Source of the DNA: an uncultured Clostridia bacterium
GTDB taxonomy: Bacteria > Bacillota > Clostridia > TANB77 > CAG-508
Length of the DNA stretch: 64,000 nt
Direction: 5' to 3'
Assembly (NCBI GenBank): GCA_944386165.1
Contig: CALXAA010000006.1
Coordinates: forward strand, 4,557 to 68,556
Shown: positions 34,398 to 44,444 of the stretch, one piece after another
Layout of the letters: every line of letters starts with the position of its first letter
How positions within the stretch are numbered: the stretch's first letter is position 1
Program-made: the position numbers and the translations under genes
The notes under the pieces: model-generated
The model's input: only the letters and a program-made list of their open reading frames with translations
Databases searched by the model: none
What the model was told of the DNA's origin: nothing

Positions 34398-37300
34398 TTA
34401 TGCTTGTTTTAGTTTTATAGAAAGTAATTTTGAAATACCTTTTTCTTCCATTGTTACTCCATAAACAGAGTCTGCTACTTCCATAGTTCCTTTTCTATGT
34501 GTTATTACTAAGAATTGCGTATCTTTTGAATATTTTTTTAAATATTCTGCATATCTATAAACATTTACATCATCAAGTGCTGCTTCTATTTCGTCTAGCA
34601 CGCAAAATGGTGCAGGATTTATTTTTAGAATTGCAAATAATAAAGCTATAGCAGTAAAAGCTCTTTCTCCACCTGATAATAATGTCATACTTTGAAGTTT
34701 CTTTCCTGGTGGTTGAACATTTATTTCAATTCCACTTTCTAGTACATTGCTTTCATCTGTAAGGCTAACTTCAGCTTGTCCTCCTCCAAATAGTTCTTTG
34801 AAAACCTCTCCAAAGTTTTTGTTTATAATTTCAAATTTTTCTTTAAATTGTTGTTTCATTGTTTCTGTCATTTCTGAAATTACTTTTCTTAATTTTGTCA
34901 TAGATTCTTCTAAATCTAATCTTTGCTCACACATGAAATCATATCTTTGCTTTAAGTTTTTATATTCTTCAATAGAATTTACATTTACACTTCCTATTTC
35001 TCTAATGTCTGTGCGTAAATTATTTACTTTTCTTTGACTTAGTTGAATATTTTCTGGCTTAGGAAATTCTCCTACATTATTTGGAGTTAATTCATATTCT
35101 TCCCACATTTTGTTGATTATTTCTGTAATTTCTTCTTGTATTTTGGTCTTTTTTATATCTAGTTTTGTTACTTGTGCTTTTAAGTCTTCAATTATTTTAA
35201 ATTCATCTGTTTGTTCATCTTCTTTTTCAGATAATTTTTTATTTTTTTCTATTCTTTCTTGTTTTAGTTTTTCTATGTTTTCTCCACTGTTTGAAACTTT
35301 GCTTTTTATATCTTCTATTTGTTTTGTTATATCTTCTATTTGTTTTGCTAATTCAGTGTTTTCTTTTTCATCTGCTTCAATTTGTGATTTTTTACTTTCC
35401 ATGTTTTTTGTATGTGTGTTAATTTCATTTTTTAACATTTCTGCCATTTCTTCAATTGACATTTCACTTTCATTAAATGATGTTACAGATATTTTTAAAT
35501 TTGTAATGTCTTCATTTAAATTGTCTATGTAAATCTGGCTGTCTTTATTAGAATTAGAGAATTCATCAATTACCTTTTGATCTTCTTGGTTTTGAGTTGA
35601 AATTTGTTGAATTTCTTTTTCATCTTTTTCTTTTTCTTGCATTATTTCAGTTTTATTTTGTTCTGATTTTTTCTCTTCATCTTTTTGTTTGTTTATTCTA
35701 TTTTGAATATTTTGGATGTTTTCATCAATTGATTGTATTCTTTGCTTTTCTGTTGCATATGTTATTTCTATTTCTTGTAATTGTTTTTCTAAATTCTCTG
35801 CTTCTTCTAAAATATTTTCTGACGAATTTTCAAATTCTTCTTTGTCTTTCTCTAATTTTTCTATTTTTTCTTTGATTTGTGAGATTTCTTGTTTTAAATG
35901 TTCTATTTCTTTGCTTCTTCCTAAAATGTTTACTGTTTTTTTGGTTATAGAACCACCTGTAATTGCTCCAGATGCATTAATTATATCTCCTTGTATTGTT
36001 ATAATTCTAAATGAATAATTGTTCTCTCTTGCTAGATTTATTGCATTTTGCATATTGTCAACAATTATTGTTCTTCCAAGTAGATTTAAAATAATTTGTT
36101 CATATTTTTTATCAAATTTTATTAAGTCTGATGCAATTCCTATTACTCCAACTTTTTTTCCTTTTATTGTTTCTATTTTTTTACCTTTTATAGATGTTAT
36201 AGGTAAAAATGATGCTCTTCCTAAGTTGTTTGCACGTAAATATTCTATTAGTCTTTTTGCATCTTCTTCTGTATCTGTTACTATATTTTGTAAGCTTGCT
36301 CCTAAACACATTTCTATTGCTGTTTCATATTGTTCTGGTACAGATATAATATTAGCAATTACTCCATGCATTCCTTTACTAAGTTCTTTGTTTTTTTCAC
36401 ATGCTAGTAGTAATTCTTTTACACTTTTGATGTACCCTTCTTTTTCTTTTTCTGTTTCTACTAAGAAATTATATCTTGATGTTTTTATTCTCATTTCATT
36501 TGTAGTATTTGCAATTTGTTCATCATATTTTTTTAGCTTTGTTGTAATTTCGTTTTTTCTTTTTTCATTTTCTTCTAAGTCTTTTAATATTTTATTTCTT
36601 TTTGACTCGGCTGAATTATACTCTTTTTCGATGTCTTCTTTTTTTATTCTAATTTTATCTACTTCAAATATTTGTGATGAAATTTCTTGTTTTAGTTGTT
36701 TTTGTCTTTTTTCTATGTTTTCTATATTTGCTTGTTTTTTGCTTATTTCTGCTTGTAGTTCATATTTTCTATCTGTGTTGGCTTCTACTCTCTTTTTTAT
36801 TTCTTCAATTTCTAGTTCTTTTGAACTTAGTTTTTTGGTTAATTGTGCAAGTTCTTCTTCTTTTTGTTTTAATTCGTTTTCAAATTTTTCTTTGTTTTGT
36901 TTTAAGTTAGTTTTTTTAGATTCTTTTTGTTCTATATCTTCTTTTAATCCATCAATCTTTTTTTGCAAATCTATTATTTCTATTTTGTTTCGTTCTGTAA
37001 TATCTTTATTGTTTTGTATTTTGGCTTTTGCAACATTAATATTCGAATTAAGTTGTTCTATTTGTTTTTGACTTTCAAACCCAATGTTTTGCATTTGTTC
37101 AATTTGGTTTGTTATTTCATCTATTTGGTCTTTTAATTCTTCTTTTAATATTTTTATTTTCTCAAGTTTTCCTTCTTCTTGATTTAATGTAGATTTCATT
37201 ATTTCTTCATCATTTAATACTTCTTCTATTTCTTTTTTGTTTTTTTCAATATTATAAACAAATAATCCAACTTCTATATTTTTTAACTCTTCTTTTAAAT

Positions 37301-37949
37301 TTAAGTATTTTTTTGCTTTATCTGATTGAATTTGTAATGGTTCTAAATTGCCTTCTATTTCTGATATAATATCATTTATTCTTAAAAGATTTAATTTTGT
37401 TTGTTCTAATTTTTTTTCTGTTTCTTCTTTTCTTGATCTATATTTTACAATCCCTGCCGCTTCTTCAAAAATATGTCTTCTGTCTTCAGATTTATTACTT
37501 AATATTTCATCTATTTTTCCTTGTCCTATAATTGAATAACCATCTCTTCCAATTCCTGTGTCCATAAATAATTCTACTACGTCTTTTAGTCTACATGGTG
37601 CTTTATTTATATAGTATCCTGTTTCTCCACTTCTATAAATTTTTCTTGTTATTGTTACTTCTGAAAATTCTATTGGAAGTGTTCCATCTGAGTTGTCAAA
37701 TACTAGTGATGCTTCTGCAAAGCCTAACGATTTTCTGTTCTGAGTTCCTGCAAATATAACATCTTGTGTTTTATTTCCTCTTAGTGTTTTCATGCTTTGC
37801 TCTCCAAGTATCCATTTTATACAGTCTGCAATATTGCTTTTTCCTGAACCATTAGGTCCTATTACACTTGTTATTCCTGGCATTAGTTCTATTACTGTTT
37901 TGTCTGCAAATGATTTAAACCCTTGCATTTCTAATCTTTTTAAATACAT
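34398..37949 (-). CDS. smc: Chromosome partition protein Smc
   Basis: Walker A GPNGSGKSNI, long coiled coils, hinge, LSGGE signature, C-terminal FCVLDEIEAALD. Confidence 0.95.
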   Translation of the reverse strand: MYLKRLEMQGFKSFADKTVIELMPGITSVIGPNGSGKSNIADCIKWILGEQSMKTLRGNKTQDVIFAGTQNRKSLGFAEASLVFDNSDGTLPIEFSEVTITRKIYRSGETGYYINKAPCRLKDVVELFMDTGIGRDGYSIIGQGKIDEILSNKSEDRRHIFEEAAGIVKYRSRKEETEKKLEQTKLNLLRINDIISEIEGNLEPLQIQSDKAKKYLNLKEELKNIEVGLFVYNIEKNKKEIEEVLNDEEIMKSTLNQEEGKLEKIKILKEELKDQIDEITNQIEQMQNIGFESQKQIEQLNSNINVAKAKIQNNKDITERNKIEIIDLQKKIDGLKEDIEQKESKKTNLKQNKEKFENELKQKEEELAQLTKKLSSKELEIEEIKKRVEANTDRKYELQAEISKKQANIENIEKRQKQLKQEISSQIFEVDKIRIKKEDIEKEYNSAESKRNKILKDLEENEKRKNEITTKLKKYDEQIANTTNEMRIKTSRYNFLVETEKEKEGYIKSVKELLLACEKNKELSKGMHGVIANIISVPEQYETAIEMCLGASLQNIVTDTEEDAKRLIEYLRANNLGRASFLPITSIKGKKIETIKGKKVGVIGIASDLIKFDKKYEQIILNLLGRTIIVDNMQNAINLARENNYSFRIITIQGDIINASGAITGGSITKKTVNILGRSKEIEHLKQEISQIKEKIEKLEKDKEEFENSSENILEEAENLEKQLQEIEITYATEKQRIQSIDENIQNIQNRINKQKDEEKKSEQNKTEIMQEKEKDEKEIQQISTQNQEDQKVIDEFSNSNKDSQIYIDNLNEDITNLKISVTSFNESEMSIEEMAEMLKNEINTHTKNMESKKSQIEADEKENTELAKQIEDITKQIEDIKSKVSNSGENIEKLKQERIEKNKKLSEKEDEQTDEFKIIEDLKAQVTKLDIKKTKIQEEITEIINKMWEEYELTPNNVGEFPKPENIQLSQRKVNNLRTDIREIGSVNVNSIEEYKNLKQRYDFMCEQRLDLEESMTKLRKVISEMTETMKQQFKEKFEIINKNFGEVFKELFGGGQAEVSLTDESNVLESGIEINVQPPGKKLQSMTLLSGGERAFTAIALLFAILKINPAPFCVLDEIEAALDDVNVYRYAEYLKKYSKDTQFLVITHRKGTMEVADSVYGVTMEEKGISKLLSIKLKQA

Positions 37950-37968
37950 TTTTTCTCACCTTTATATC

Positions 37969-38724
37969 CTACTGATTCTGATTTTTTAATAAACTATAAT
38001 ATATATCATATAATTGTTGTTTTTGTTCTTCTGTTAGTTCTGAATATTGGGTCTGTCCTTCATTTAAAGTTACTCCACTTATTCCTATTCTTTTGGCTAA
38101 TATATTTCCTGCTTGTGTTTTTAATACTAAAGGCATTTGCCAAGATACATTTCCTTGCGAATTTTTAGTAATAACATTTTTCTCTACTAATTGGTCTAGT
38201 AATTCTTGTTTTTTGGTTTCATCTTCATAATTTATAACAGATCTTGTATTAAAATAATATAGTTTTTCAATTCCTAAATTTTGTGTAACTTCAAATAGTG
38301 TTGATACTATTGCTCTACAATAAGCACATGTTGGACTACTTATAAAAATATATGATTTTTCTTCACTATTTATTTGATTCACTAGTTGTTCTAAGTCTAC
38401 ATACACTATAGGGTTTTCTTCACTTATATTTACTGTATTATACTTTGTTCCATCATCTTGTATAGATGTGTTGTTTAGATCTTCATATTCTTTTTTAAAC
38501 CTTTTTGAGTCTTCTGTTGCTGTATATGTTATTGGTTCTAATTTGCTTATATTTGTGTTCTCTGTTTTCACTATTTGATCATTTATATCTGCATTTTGGC
38601 TGTTATTTTCTGTACCCAAATTCTTGTTTTCATCTATGTTATAAATTATAAATGCTAGAGCAATTAATATTACTAAAATAATTAATATTACTAAAATTAA
38701 AATTATTGTTTTTTTCTTTTTCAC
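37969..38724 (-). CDS. Membrane-anchored thioredoxin-fold protein (bacteriocin-transport-accessory-like), CxxC intact (CAYC)
   Basis: N-terminal TM segment. ISSPTCAYCRAIV. GTG start with RBS aggaga. Paralog of 38896 and 39763. Confidence 0.75.
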   Translation of the reverse strand: MKKKKTIILILVILIILVILIALAFIIYNIDENKNLGTENNSQNADINDQIVKTENTNISKLEPITYTATEDSKRFKKEYEDLNNTSIQDDGTKYNTVNISEENPIVYVDLEQLVNQINSEEKSYIFISSPTCAYCRAIVSTLFEVTQNLGIEKLYYFNTRSVINYEDETKKQELLDQLVEKNVITKNSQGNVSWQMPLVLKTQAGNILAKRIGISGVTLNEGQTQYSELTEEQKQQLYDIYYSLLKNQNQ

Positions 38725-38835
38725 ACTAACTCTCCTAATCTAATATTTTTTCAATAAGTTCTTTTGCGAACTCTTTATTATTATATCATTTTTTTTCAGA
38801 TTTTCCATTAAAAATATGAAAAAAAGCAATTTTTT

Positions 38836-38878
38836 ATAGAAAATAAGAAGTATTGTTTTTGACTCATCAATACTTCTT
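38836..38878 (-). terminator. Intrinsic terminator after paralog 2
   Basis: aagaagtattg (38845-38855) / caatacttctt (38868-38878), with a T-rich tract on the minus strand. Confidence 0.5.
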
Positions 38879-38895
38879 GTTTCGTTTATGATATC

Positions 38896-39585
38896 TTAGT
38901 CTTTCAATAATTCATAATAATCATTGTATAATTCTTGTTTTTGTTCTTCTGTTAATTCTGAATATTTTGATTGTCCTTCATTATATGATATTCCTGTTCC
39001 AATTGTTTTGGCTAATACTTCTCCTGAACGTGTTTTGGCAACTAATGGTATTCTCCAAGATTCGCTTCCATCTTCTTTTTTGGTTACAAATCCTTTTTCT
39101 ATTAGTATATTTGTTAGTTCTTGTCTTTGTTCTTCACTTTCGAATGTCATGCCTGTTTGTAAATCAAAATAATATAGTTTTTTGATTCCTAAATCTTGTA
39201 CTACATCTAATAGTGTTCCTACTGTTGCTCTACAGTAAGGACAGTCTGCACTACTCATGTAAATATATGATTCTTCGTCACTATTAATTACATTTATGAA
39301 TTGTTCTAAATTTATATATACTATAGGGTTTTCTTCAGGTATATTTACTGTGTTATATGTTTCTCCATCTGATTCTCTTGTTGTACCATTTAGTGCTTCA
39401 TATTCTTCTTTAAATCTTTTAGAATCTTCTGTTGAGTTGTAAGTTATTTGATTTTCTGTTTCTGAATTTTTATTATCTTTTGGTTCTTGCTTCATGTTCC
39501 AAATAACACATGCTTGTACTGTTACTAATATAATTAGTACAGCTATGATTATTAATGCTGTTATTAAAACTTTTTTACTTTTCAT
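38896..39585 (-). CDS. Thioredoxin-fold putative lipoprotein, CxxC intact (CPYC)
   Basis: Signal peptide ending in the lipobox-like LVTVQAC. MSSADCPYCRATV. Confidence 0.75.
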   Translation of the reverse strand: MKSKKVLITALIIIAVLIILVTVQACVIWNMKQEPKDNKNSETENQITYNSTEDSKRFKEEYEALNGTTRESDGETYNTVNIPEENPIVYINLEQFINVINSDEESYIYMSSADCPYCRATVGTLLDVVQDLGIKKLYYFDLQTGMTFESEEQRQELTNILIEKGFVTKKEDGSESWRIPLVAKTRSGEVLAKTIGTGISYNEGQSKYSELTEEQKQELYNDYYELLKD

Positions 39586-39688
39586 TTGAATTCTCCAATC
39601 TTAATTTAATTTTAATTTTTTATATATCATGTATTAATTATATAATTAATAAAAATTTTTTTCAACATATATTTTAAATTTTTTATTC

Positions 39689-39764
39689 AAAAAAAGTACT
39701 CCTAATTACTGAACAGAACCCAAAATTATCTTTTGGGTTCAATTCAGCATGAAGTACCTTTTTT
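39689..39764. terminator. Long imperfect hairpin terminator after paralog 3
   Basis: Outer stem gtactcc / gaagtac. Inner stem gaacccaaaa / ttttgggttc. Flanked by aaaaaa and tttttt. Confidence 0.55.
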
Positions 39765-40458
39765 AGTCTTTTAGTAATTCATAGTATTCATTATATACTT
39801 CTTGTTTTTGATCTTCTGTTAATTCTGAATAGTATGATTGTCCTTCATTGTAAGTTACGCCCGTTCCTGTACTTTGTGCTAAGACTTTTCCAGAAAGAGT
39901 TTTGGCAATTAAAGGAATATTCCATGAATCACTTCCGTCTTCATTTTTTGTTATAATTCCTTTTTCTGCTAATTGATTCATTATTTCTTGTTTTTGAGCT
40001 TCATCTTTAAATGTTATACCTTCTCCTATATCTAAATAATATAGTTTTTCAATACCTAAATCTTGTAATACATTAAGTAATGGTTCAATTATTGCTCTAC
40101 CAAATGGTGAATTTGCTCTACTTATATAAATATATGATTCTTCATCACTATTTATTACATTTAAAAGTTCTTCTAGTGTAACATATATTATTGGATTTTC
40201 TTTTGGAATATTTACAGAAATATATTTTTCCCCATCTTTTTCTGCAGATGTATTATTAAGTGATTCATATTCTTGTTTGAATTTTTTAGAATCTTCTGTT
40301 TCTGTATAAGTTACTTTATTTTGATTAATTGTATTTGAATTATTTTTATTATTTTGTTCTTGCTTCATATTCCATATTATACATCCCTGAACTGTAATTA
40401 TAATAATAAATACAATTAAAATTATTAATGTTAAAATTATTATTTTCTTATTTTTCAT
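39763..40458 (-). CDS. Thioredoxin-fold putative lipoprotein paralog with degenerate active site (SPFG instead of CxxC)
   Basis: Lipobox-like IITVQGC. ISRANSPFGRAII aligns with SSADCPYCRATV. The 5' UTR (catttgaattctccaatct) is shared with paralog 2. Confidence 0.7.
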   Translation of the reverse strand: MKNKKIIILTLIILIVFIIIITVQGCIIWNMKQEQNNKNNSNTINQNKVTYTETEDSKKFKQEYESLNNTSAEKDGEKYISVNIPKENPIIYVTLEELLNVINSDEESYIYISRANSPFGRAIIEPLLNVLQDLGIEKLYYLDIGEGITFKDEAQKQEIMNQLAEKGIITKNEDGSDSWNIPLIAKTLSGKVLAQSTGTGVTYNEGQSYYSELTEDQKQEVYNEYYELLKD

Positions 40459-40490
40459 TTGAATTCTCCAATCTTTTAAATAATTATTAC

Positions 40491-42482
40491 TTATTTACAT
40501 GTTATATCCCATCTGTATAGCTCTATTGATACATCACCATCATCATACATTAGTGCTAATTCTCCACTACTAAAACTTGTACTGTCTGTTGATATATTAA
40601 ATTTATATGTTGCACTATTTTTATCTGCTACTTGAATATTATCTACATTTACTTCACTTATTCCGTTTTTTACCAATTTTAATTTACTTGTATCAAAATA
40701 TGCTGATAATTTAAAGTTTATTGTAGCATTATCTCTAACTAATCTTTGTCCTGCATATACTTGTTCACATACTGTTTTATATTTTGTTTCATATACAGTA
40801 TCACAAACATCATAGCAACTTCCAGGGAATACCGTTTCATGAACACCACATTCAACAGTTTCACATCTTTCGACAAAAGTATTTGCAATATAATCCCATA
40901 TATCTTCACAATCATAATTACAATATGGTTCTGTAGATACATAGTCATCATCACATTCTTCATGACATTCTTCATGACTTTCTTGGTAACTTTCCTCGTG
41001 ACATTCTGTTCTATAAACATCTTCATACCAAGCTTTTACTGAGTACTCACCATCTGTGTTTGAAACAATTGGTAATACTACTATTGTACATGTTGATTTT
41101 ATTTTTCCATTTGTATTTTTTGCAGTTACTGTTACTTCGCCAGATCCTATTGTACTTACTGTTCCAGTTGTTTGATTGTCTCCACTTGATGTAATTTTTA
41201 CTACATTTTCATTACTACTTGTCCAAATTACATCTTCTGTACATGTTCCATCATCTGGTTTTATATGTGCTATTATTGTTGATGATTCTCCTGGCTGTAA
41301 TACTATTTTAGTTGGCTCAACAGATATGTTGGTTATTGTTGTTATTACTACTATATTACATGTTGCTGTTTTGCCATTTTCTGTTGTTGCTGTAATTAGC
41401 GTTGTTCCATTTTTTATTCCGAATACATATCCTGTTTCATCTACAGTTGCTACACTTGGGTCACTGCTTGTCCAAGTTACATTTGTTCCTACATTCGCCG
41501 TTGCTGGTGAATATGATACTACTTCTAATTGTAAATCATGTATTGTACTTCTATCTAGTACTGCTGAACTTGCATTTAGGTTAAGTCCCATTGGACTTGT
41601 TTGTACTGTTATTGTACTACTTGCTGAAACTCCATTTCCTGCTGTTGCTGTTACTGTTGCTGTTCCATTTGCAACTCCTGTTACAAGTCCTGTTTCATTT
41701 ACTGTTGCTACATTTGTATCACTACTTGTCCATGTTATATCTGTATATACATTTGCTGTTTCTGGTAATATTTTTGCAGTTATTTGCACTGTTCTTGACA
41801 TTGCAGATAAATCTATTGTATAGGTTGTTGGCTCTACTATTACTTGTTCAGGCTCTGTTTGTACTGTTACATAACATCTGTCTGTTTTGTTTTTATCTGT
41901 TGTTACAGTTACAATTGTCATACCATTTGCTTTTCCTGTAATTGTTCCATCATCTTCTAGTTCTGCTATTTCTTCATTCGAATTAGACCAAGTTATACTT
42001 GATGCTTCTGATGTATATTGTAATTTTACAGTTTCTCCTACATTTAATACTAAACTATCTGGTAATTCAATTCCATCTCTGTTTAGTTCTTCTCCTTCAT
42101 ATACCATTCCATTTTGGTCTACTGTATATTGGTTACCAGATACTTTAAATTCTACAAGGAAAATACCGTTATAACCGTCTTCAATTTCATATGCCATTTC
42201 TCCTTCTGGATCTTCTCCTATGTATGTTCCCATATAATGGTCTAAATTATCACTTGTTACTTTTCCTACATCGTTAACTGCTACTGATTGTGCTGCTGCC
42301 CATTCTACGGTTTCTATTTCTTCACTTCTATTTTTTTCCGAATCTGCATTATGAGCATTTTTTATAATACTATTATCGCCTGTTAGTGTCGAAATCGTAA
42401 CTCCTGAAATTATTAATAAAACAACTACAGTAATAACTAGTGCAATTAATGTAAGGCCTTTGTTTTTTCTTAAACTTACCAT
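40491..42482 (-). CDS. Surface protein with prepilin-like N-terminal leader, multiple Big_2 Ig-like domains and a Cys/His/Glu-rich C-terminal module
   Basis: Leader KNKGLTLIALVITVVVLLIISGV. Big_2-like ends VTVTTDKNKTDRCYVTVQ, TVTATAGNGVSASSTITVQ, ITATTENGKTATCNIVV, VTAKNTNGKIKSTCTIVV. Cys module ECHEESYQESHEECHEECDDDY... Confidence 0.7.
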   Translation of the reverse strand: MVSLRKNKGLTLIALVITVVVLLIISGVTISTLTGDNSIIKNAHNADSEKNRSEEIETVEWAAAQSVAVNDVGKVTSDNLDHYMGTYIGEDPEGEMAYEIEDGYNGIFLVEFKVSGNQYTVDQNGMVYEGEELNRDGIELPDSLVLNVGETVKLQYTSEASSITWSNSNEEIAELEDDGTITGKANGMTIVTVTTDKNKTDRCYVTVQTEPEQVIVEPTTYTIDLSAMSRTVQITAKILPETANVYTDITWTSSDTNVATVNETGLVTGVANGTATVTATAGNGVSASSTITVQTSPMGLNLNASSAVLDRSTIHDLQLEVVSYSPATANVGTNVTWTSSDPSVATVDETGYVFGIKNGTTLITATTENGKTATCNIVVITTITNISVEPTKIVLQPGESSTIIAHIKPDDGTCTEDVIWTSSNENVVKITSSGDNQTTGTVSTIGSGEVTVTAKNTNGKIKSTCTIVVLPIVSNTDGEYSVKAWYEDVYRTECHEESYQESHEECHEECDDDYVSTEPYCNYDCEDIWDYIANTFVERCETVECGVHETVFPGSCYDVCDTVYETKYKTVCEQVYAGQRLVRDNATINFKLSAYFDTSKLKLVKNGISEVNVDNIQVADKNSATYKFNISTDSTSFSSGELALMYDDGDVSIELYRWDITCK

Positions 42483-42526
42483 AATATCATCCTCCTTTGT
42501 ACAAAAATATAAATATATATACTTAT

Positions 42527-42556
42527 ATTATACCATATTTTCTATATTTTTGTAAA
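42527..42556 (-). promoter_or_regulatory. Sigma-70 type promoter for the Big_2 gene
   Basis: On the minus strand: TTTACA, 18-nt spacer ending TGG, TATAAT, about 45 nt upstream of ATG 42482. Confidence 0.4.
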
Positions 42557-42641
42557 TCGAAAAATGACAAGATTATATAAAATTTAACTTTATTTTTTAT
42601 ACTTAAAACCTACTATATTGGTAAGCTAAAATGTTGAAATT

Positions 42642-44438
42642 TTATTGTTTTTCGTCTATTTCTTTTTGAATTTTTTCAATAAAGTCATTAACTGACATTT
42701 GACCTATATCTCCAAGTTCTCTTGAACGTACAGCGACAACATTTTTTTCTATTTCTTTAGTTCCTATAACTAACATGTATGGCACTTTTTCTAGTTGTGC
42801 TTTACGTATTTTGTAACCTATTTTTTCGTTTGAATCATCTAGCTCAACTCTTATTTTTTTAGATTTTAATTTTTGCTTTAATTCTACTGCATAATCTATT
42901 TGATCATCTGTTATTGGTAATAATTTTACTTGTATTGGTGATAACCATGTTGGGAATGCTCCTTTTGTTTCTTCTATTAAGAAAGACATAAATCTGTCTG
43001 AAGATCCTAGTATTGCTCTATGAATTACAACTGGTCTATGTTCTTTGTTATCTTCTCCTACATATGTTAAATCAAATCTTTCTGGTAATGCAAAGTCTAA
43101 TTGACATGTTGGGATTGTTACATCATGGTTTAATGCTGTTTTTATTTGTATGTCTATTTTTGGTCCATAGAATGCAGCTTCTCCTTCTGCTTCATAGAAA
43201 TCTATTTTCATATCTTTTAATATTGCTCTTAATTGTTCTTCTGCTGTTTCCCACATTTCATCATTGTCTATATATTTTTGTTTATTGTTTTTGTCTCTTA
43301 ATGATAGTCTGTATTTAAATGAACTTTCTGCAAATCCAAAGTCTTTTTGATATACTTCTTTAATTAGTTTTAATACATTTCCTACTTCTTCTTTTATTTG
43401 GTCTGGTCTTACAAATAGGTGTGCATCATTTTGGCACATTTGTCTAACTCTTTCTAGTCCACAAACTGCACCACTGTTTTCATATCTAAAGTCATTTGCA
43501 AGTTCTCCTATTCTAATTGGTAAGTCCTTATATGAACGTGTTTTATATTTGTATATTAACATATGGTGTGGACAGTTCATTGGTCTTAAAACCATTTCTT
43601 CATTGTCCATTTTCATAGCTGGAAACATATCTTCTTTATAATGATCCCAATGTCCACTTGTTTTATATAATTGAACATTTGCTAGTGATGGTGTATATAC
43701 ATGGCTATATCCTAATTCTATTTCTTTGTCTTGTATATATCTTTCTAAAATTCTTCTTATTGTTGCACCATGTGGTAAATACATTGGTAGTCCTGAACCT
43801 ACTAATTCGTGTGTCATAAATAATTCTAAGTCTTTTCCTATTTTTCTATGGTCTCTTTGTTTTGCTTCTTCAAGTAGTTTTAAGTGCTCTTCTAGCTGAC
43901 TTGCTTTAGGAAATGATATTCCATATATTCTTTGCATAGAATCATTTTCTTGGTTTCCTTTCCAATATGCAGCAGATGTTGAAAGTAATTTTAATGCTTT
44001 TACTTTTCCTGTTCTGTTTATGTGTGGTCCTGCACAAAGGTCTATAAATTCTCCTTGTTTGAAGAATGAAATTGTTTCTCCTTCTGGAAGTTCTTTTATT
44101 AGTTGGACTTTATATGGTTCATTTCTTTCTTCCATTAATTTTATAGCTTCTTCTCTAGATAGTGCACTTCTTTCAAGTACTAAGTCTTCTTTTACTATTT
44201 TTTTCATTTCTTCTTCTATTTTTGATAAGTCTTCTTCTGTAAATGGTTTCTCTACTCTAAAGTCATAGTAAAATCCGTTTTCTATTGCTGGTCCTATTCC
44301 TAATTTTGTTTCTGGATATAGTCTTTTTACTGCTTGTGCTAGTATGTGTGATGTTGTGTGCCAGAATATCTTTTTCAATTCCTCACTGTTTTCTTCTAAA
44401 TCTAAAATACTTCCATCTTTTTGTATTGTTCTAATCAT
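42642..44438 (-). CDS. thrS: Threonine--tRNA ligase (598 aa, N-terminal TGS domain largely absent)
   Basis: HTTSHILAQAVKRLY already at residue ~27. Class II core: RPMNCPHH, FRYENSG, QLDF. Anticodon-binding domain present. Confidence 0.95.
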   Translation of the reverse strand: MIRTIQKDGSILDLEENSEELKKIFWHTTSHILAQAVKRLYPETKLGIGPAIENGFYYDFRVEKPFTEEDLSKIEEEMKKIVKEDLVLERSALSREEAIKLMEERNEPYKVQLIKELPEGETISFFKQGEFIDLCAGPHINRTGKVKALKLLSTSAAYWKGNQENDSMQRIYGISFPKASQLEEHLKLLEEAKQRDHRKIGKDLELFMTHELVGSGLPMYLPHGATIRRILERYIQDKEIELGYSHVYTPSLANVQLYKTSGHWDHYKEDMFPAMKMDNEEMVLRPMNCPHHMLIYKYKTRSYKDLPIRIGELANDFRYENSGAVCGLERVRQMCQNDAHLFVRPDQIKEEVGNVLKLIKEVYQKDFGFAESSFKYRLSLRDKNNKQKYIDNDEMWETAEEQLRAILKDMKIDFYEAEGEAAFYGPKIDIQIKTALNHDVTIPTCQLDFALPERFDLTYVGEDNKEHRPVVIHRAILGSSDRFMSFLIEETKGAFPTWLSPIQVKLLPITDDQIDYAVELKQKLKSKKIRVELDDSNEKIGYKIRKAQLEKVPYMLVIGTKEIEKNVVAVRSRELGDIGQMSVNDFIEKIQKEIDEKQ

Positions 44439-44444
44439 AATATC

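Noticed and set aside
36019-37071. 350-aa plus-strand ORF (with 35110-35532, 35716-36018 and others) antisense to smc
   Set aside because: The product is low-complexity Ser/Phe/Ile/Cys-rich. It is a mirror of the Lys/Glu-rich coiled-coil codons of smc. It has no RBS and lies fully inside a high-confidence gene.
39689-39764. Possible tRNA: a T-loop-like GGGTTCAATTC plus a 7-bp acceptor-like outer stem
   Set aside because: The element is only ~62 nt and folds as one continuous hairpin. It has no D or anticodon arms and is flanked by A-runs and T-runs. I call it a terminator.
41176-41823. 215-aa plus-strand ORF antisense to the Big_2 gene, and the same-strand out-of-frame ORF at 40739-41026
   Set aside because: These are shadow ORFs within a gene that has clear domain motifs. 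Their products are hydrophobic or low-complexity, and they have no RBS.
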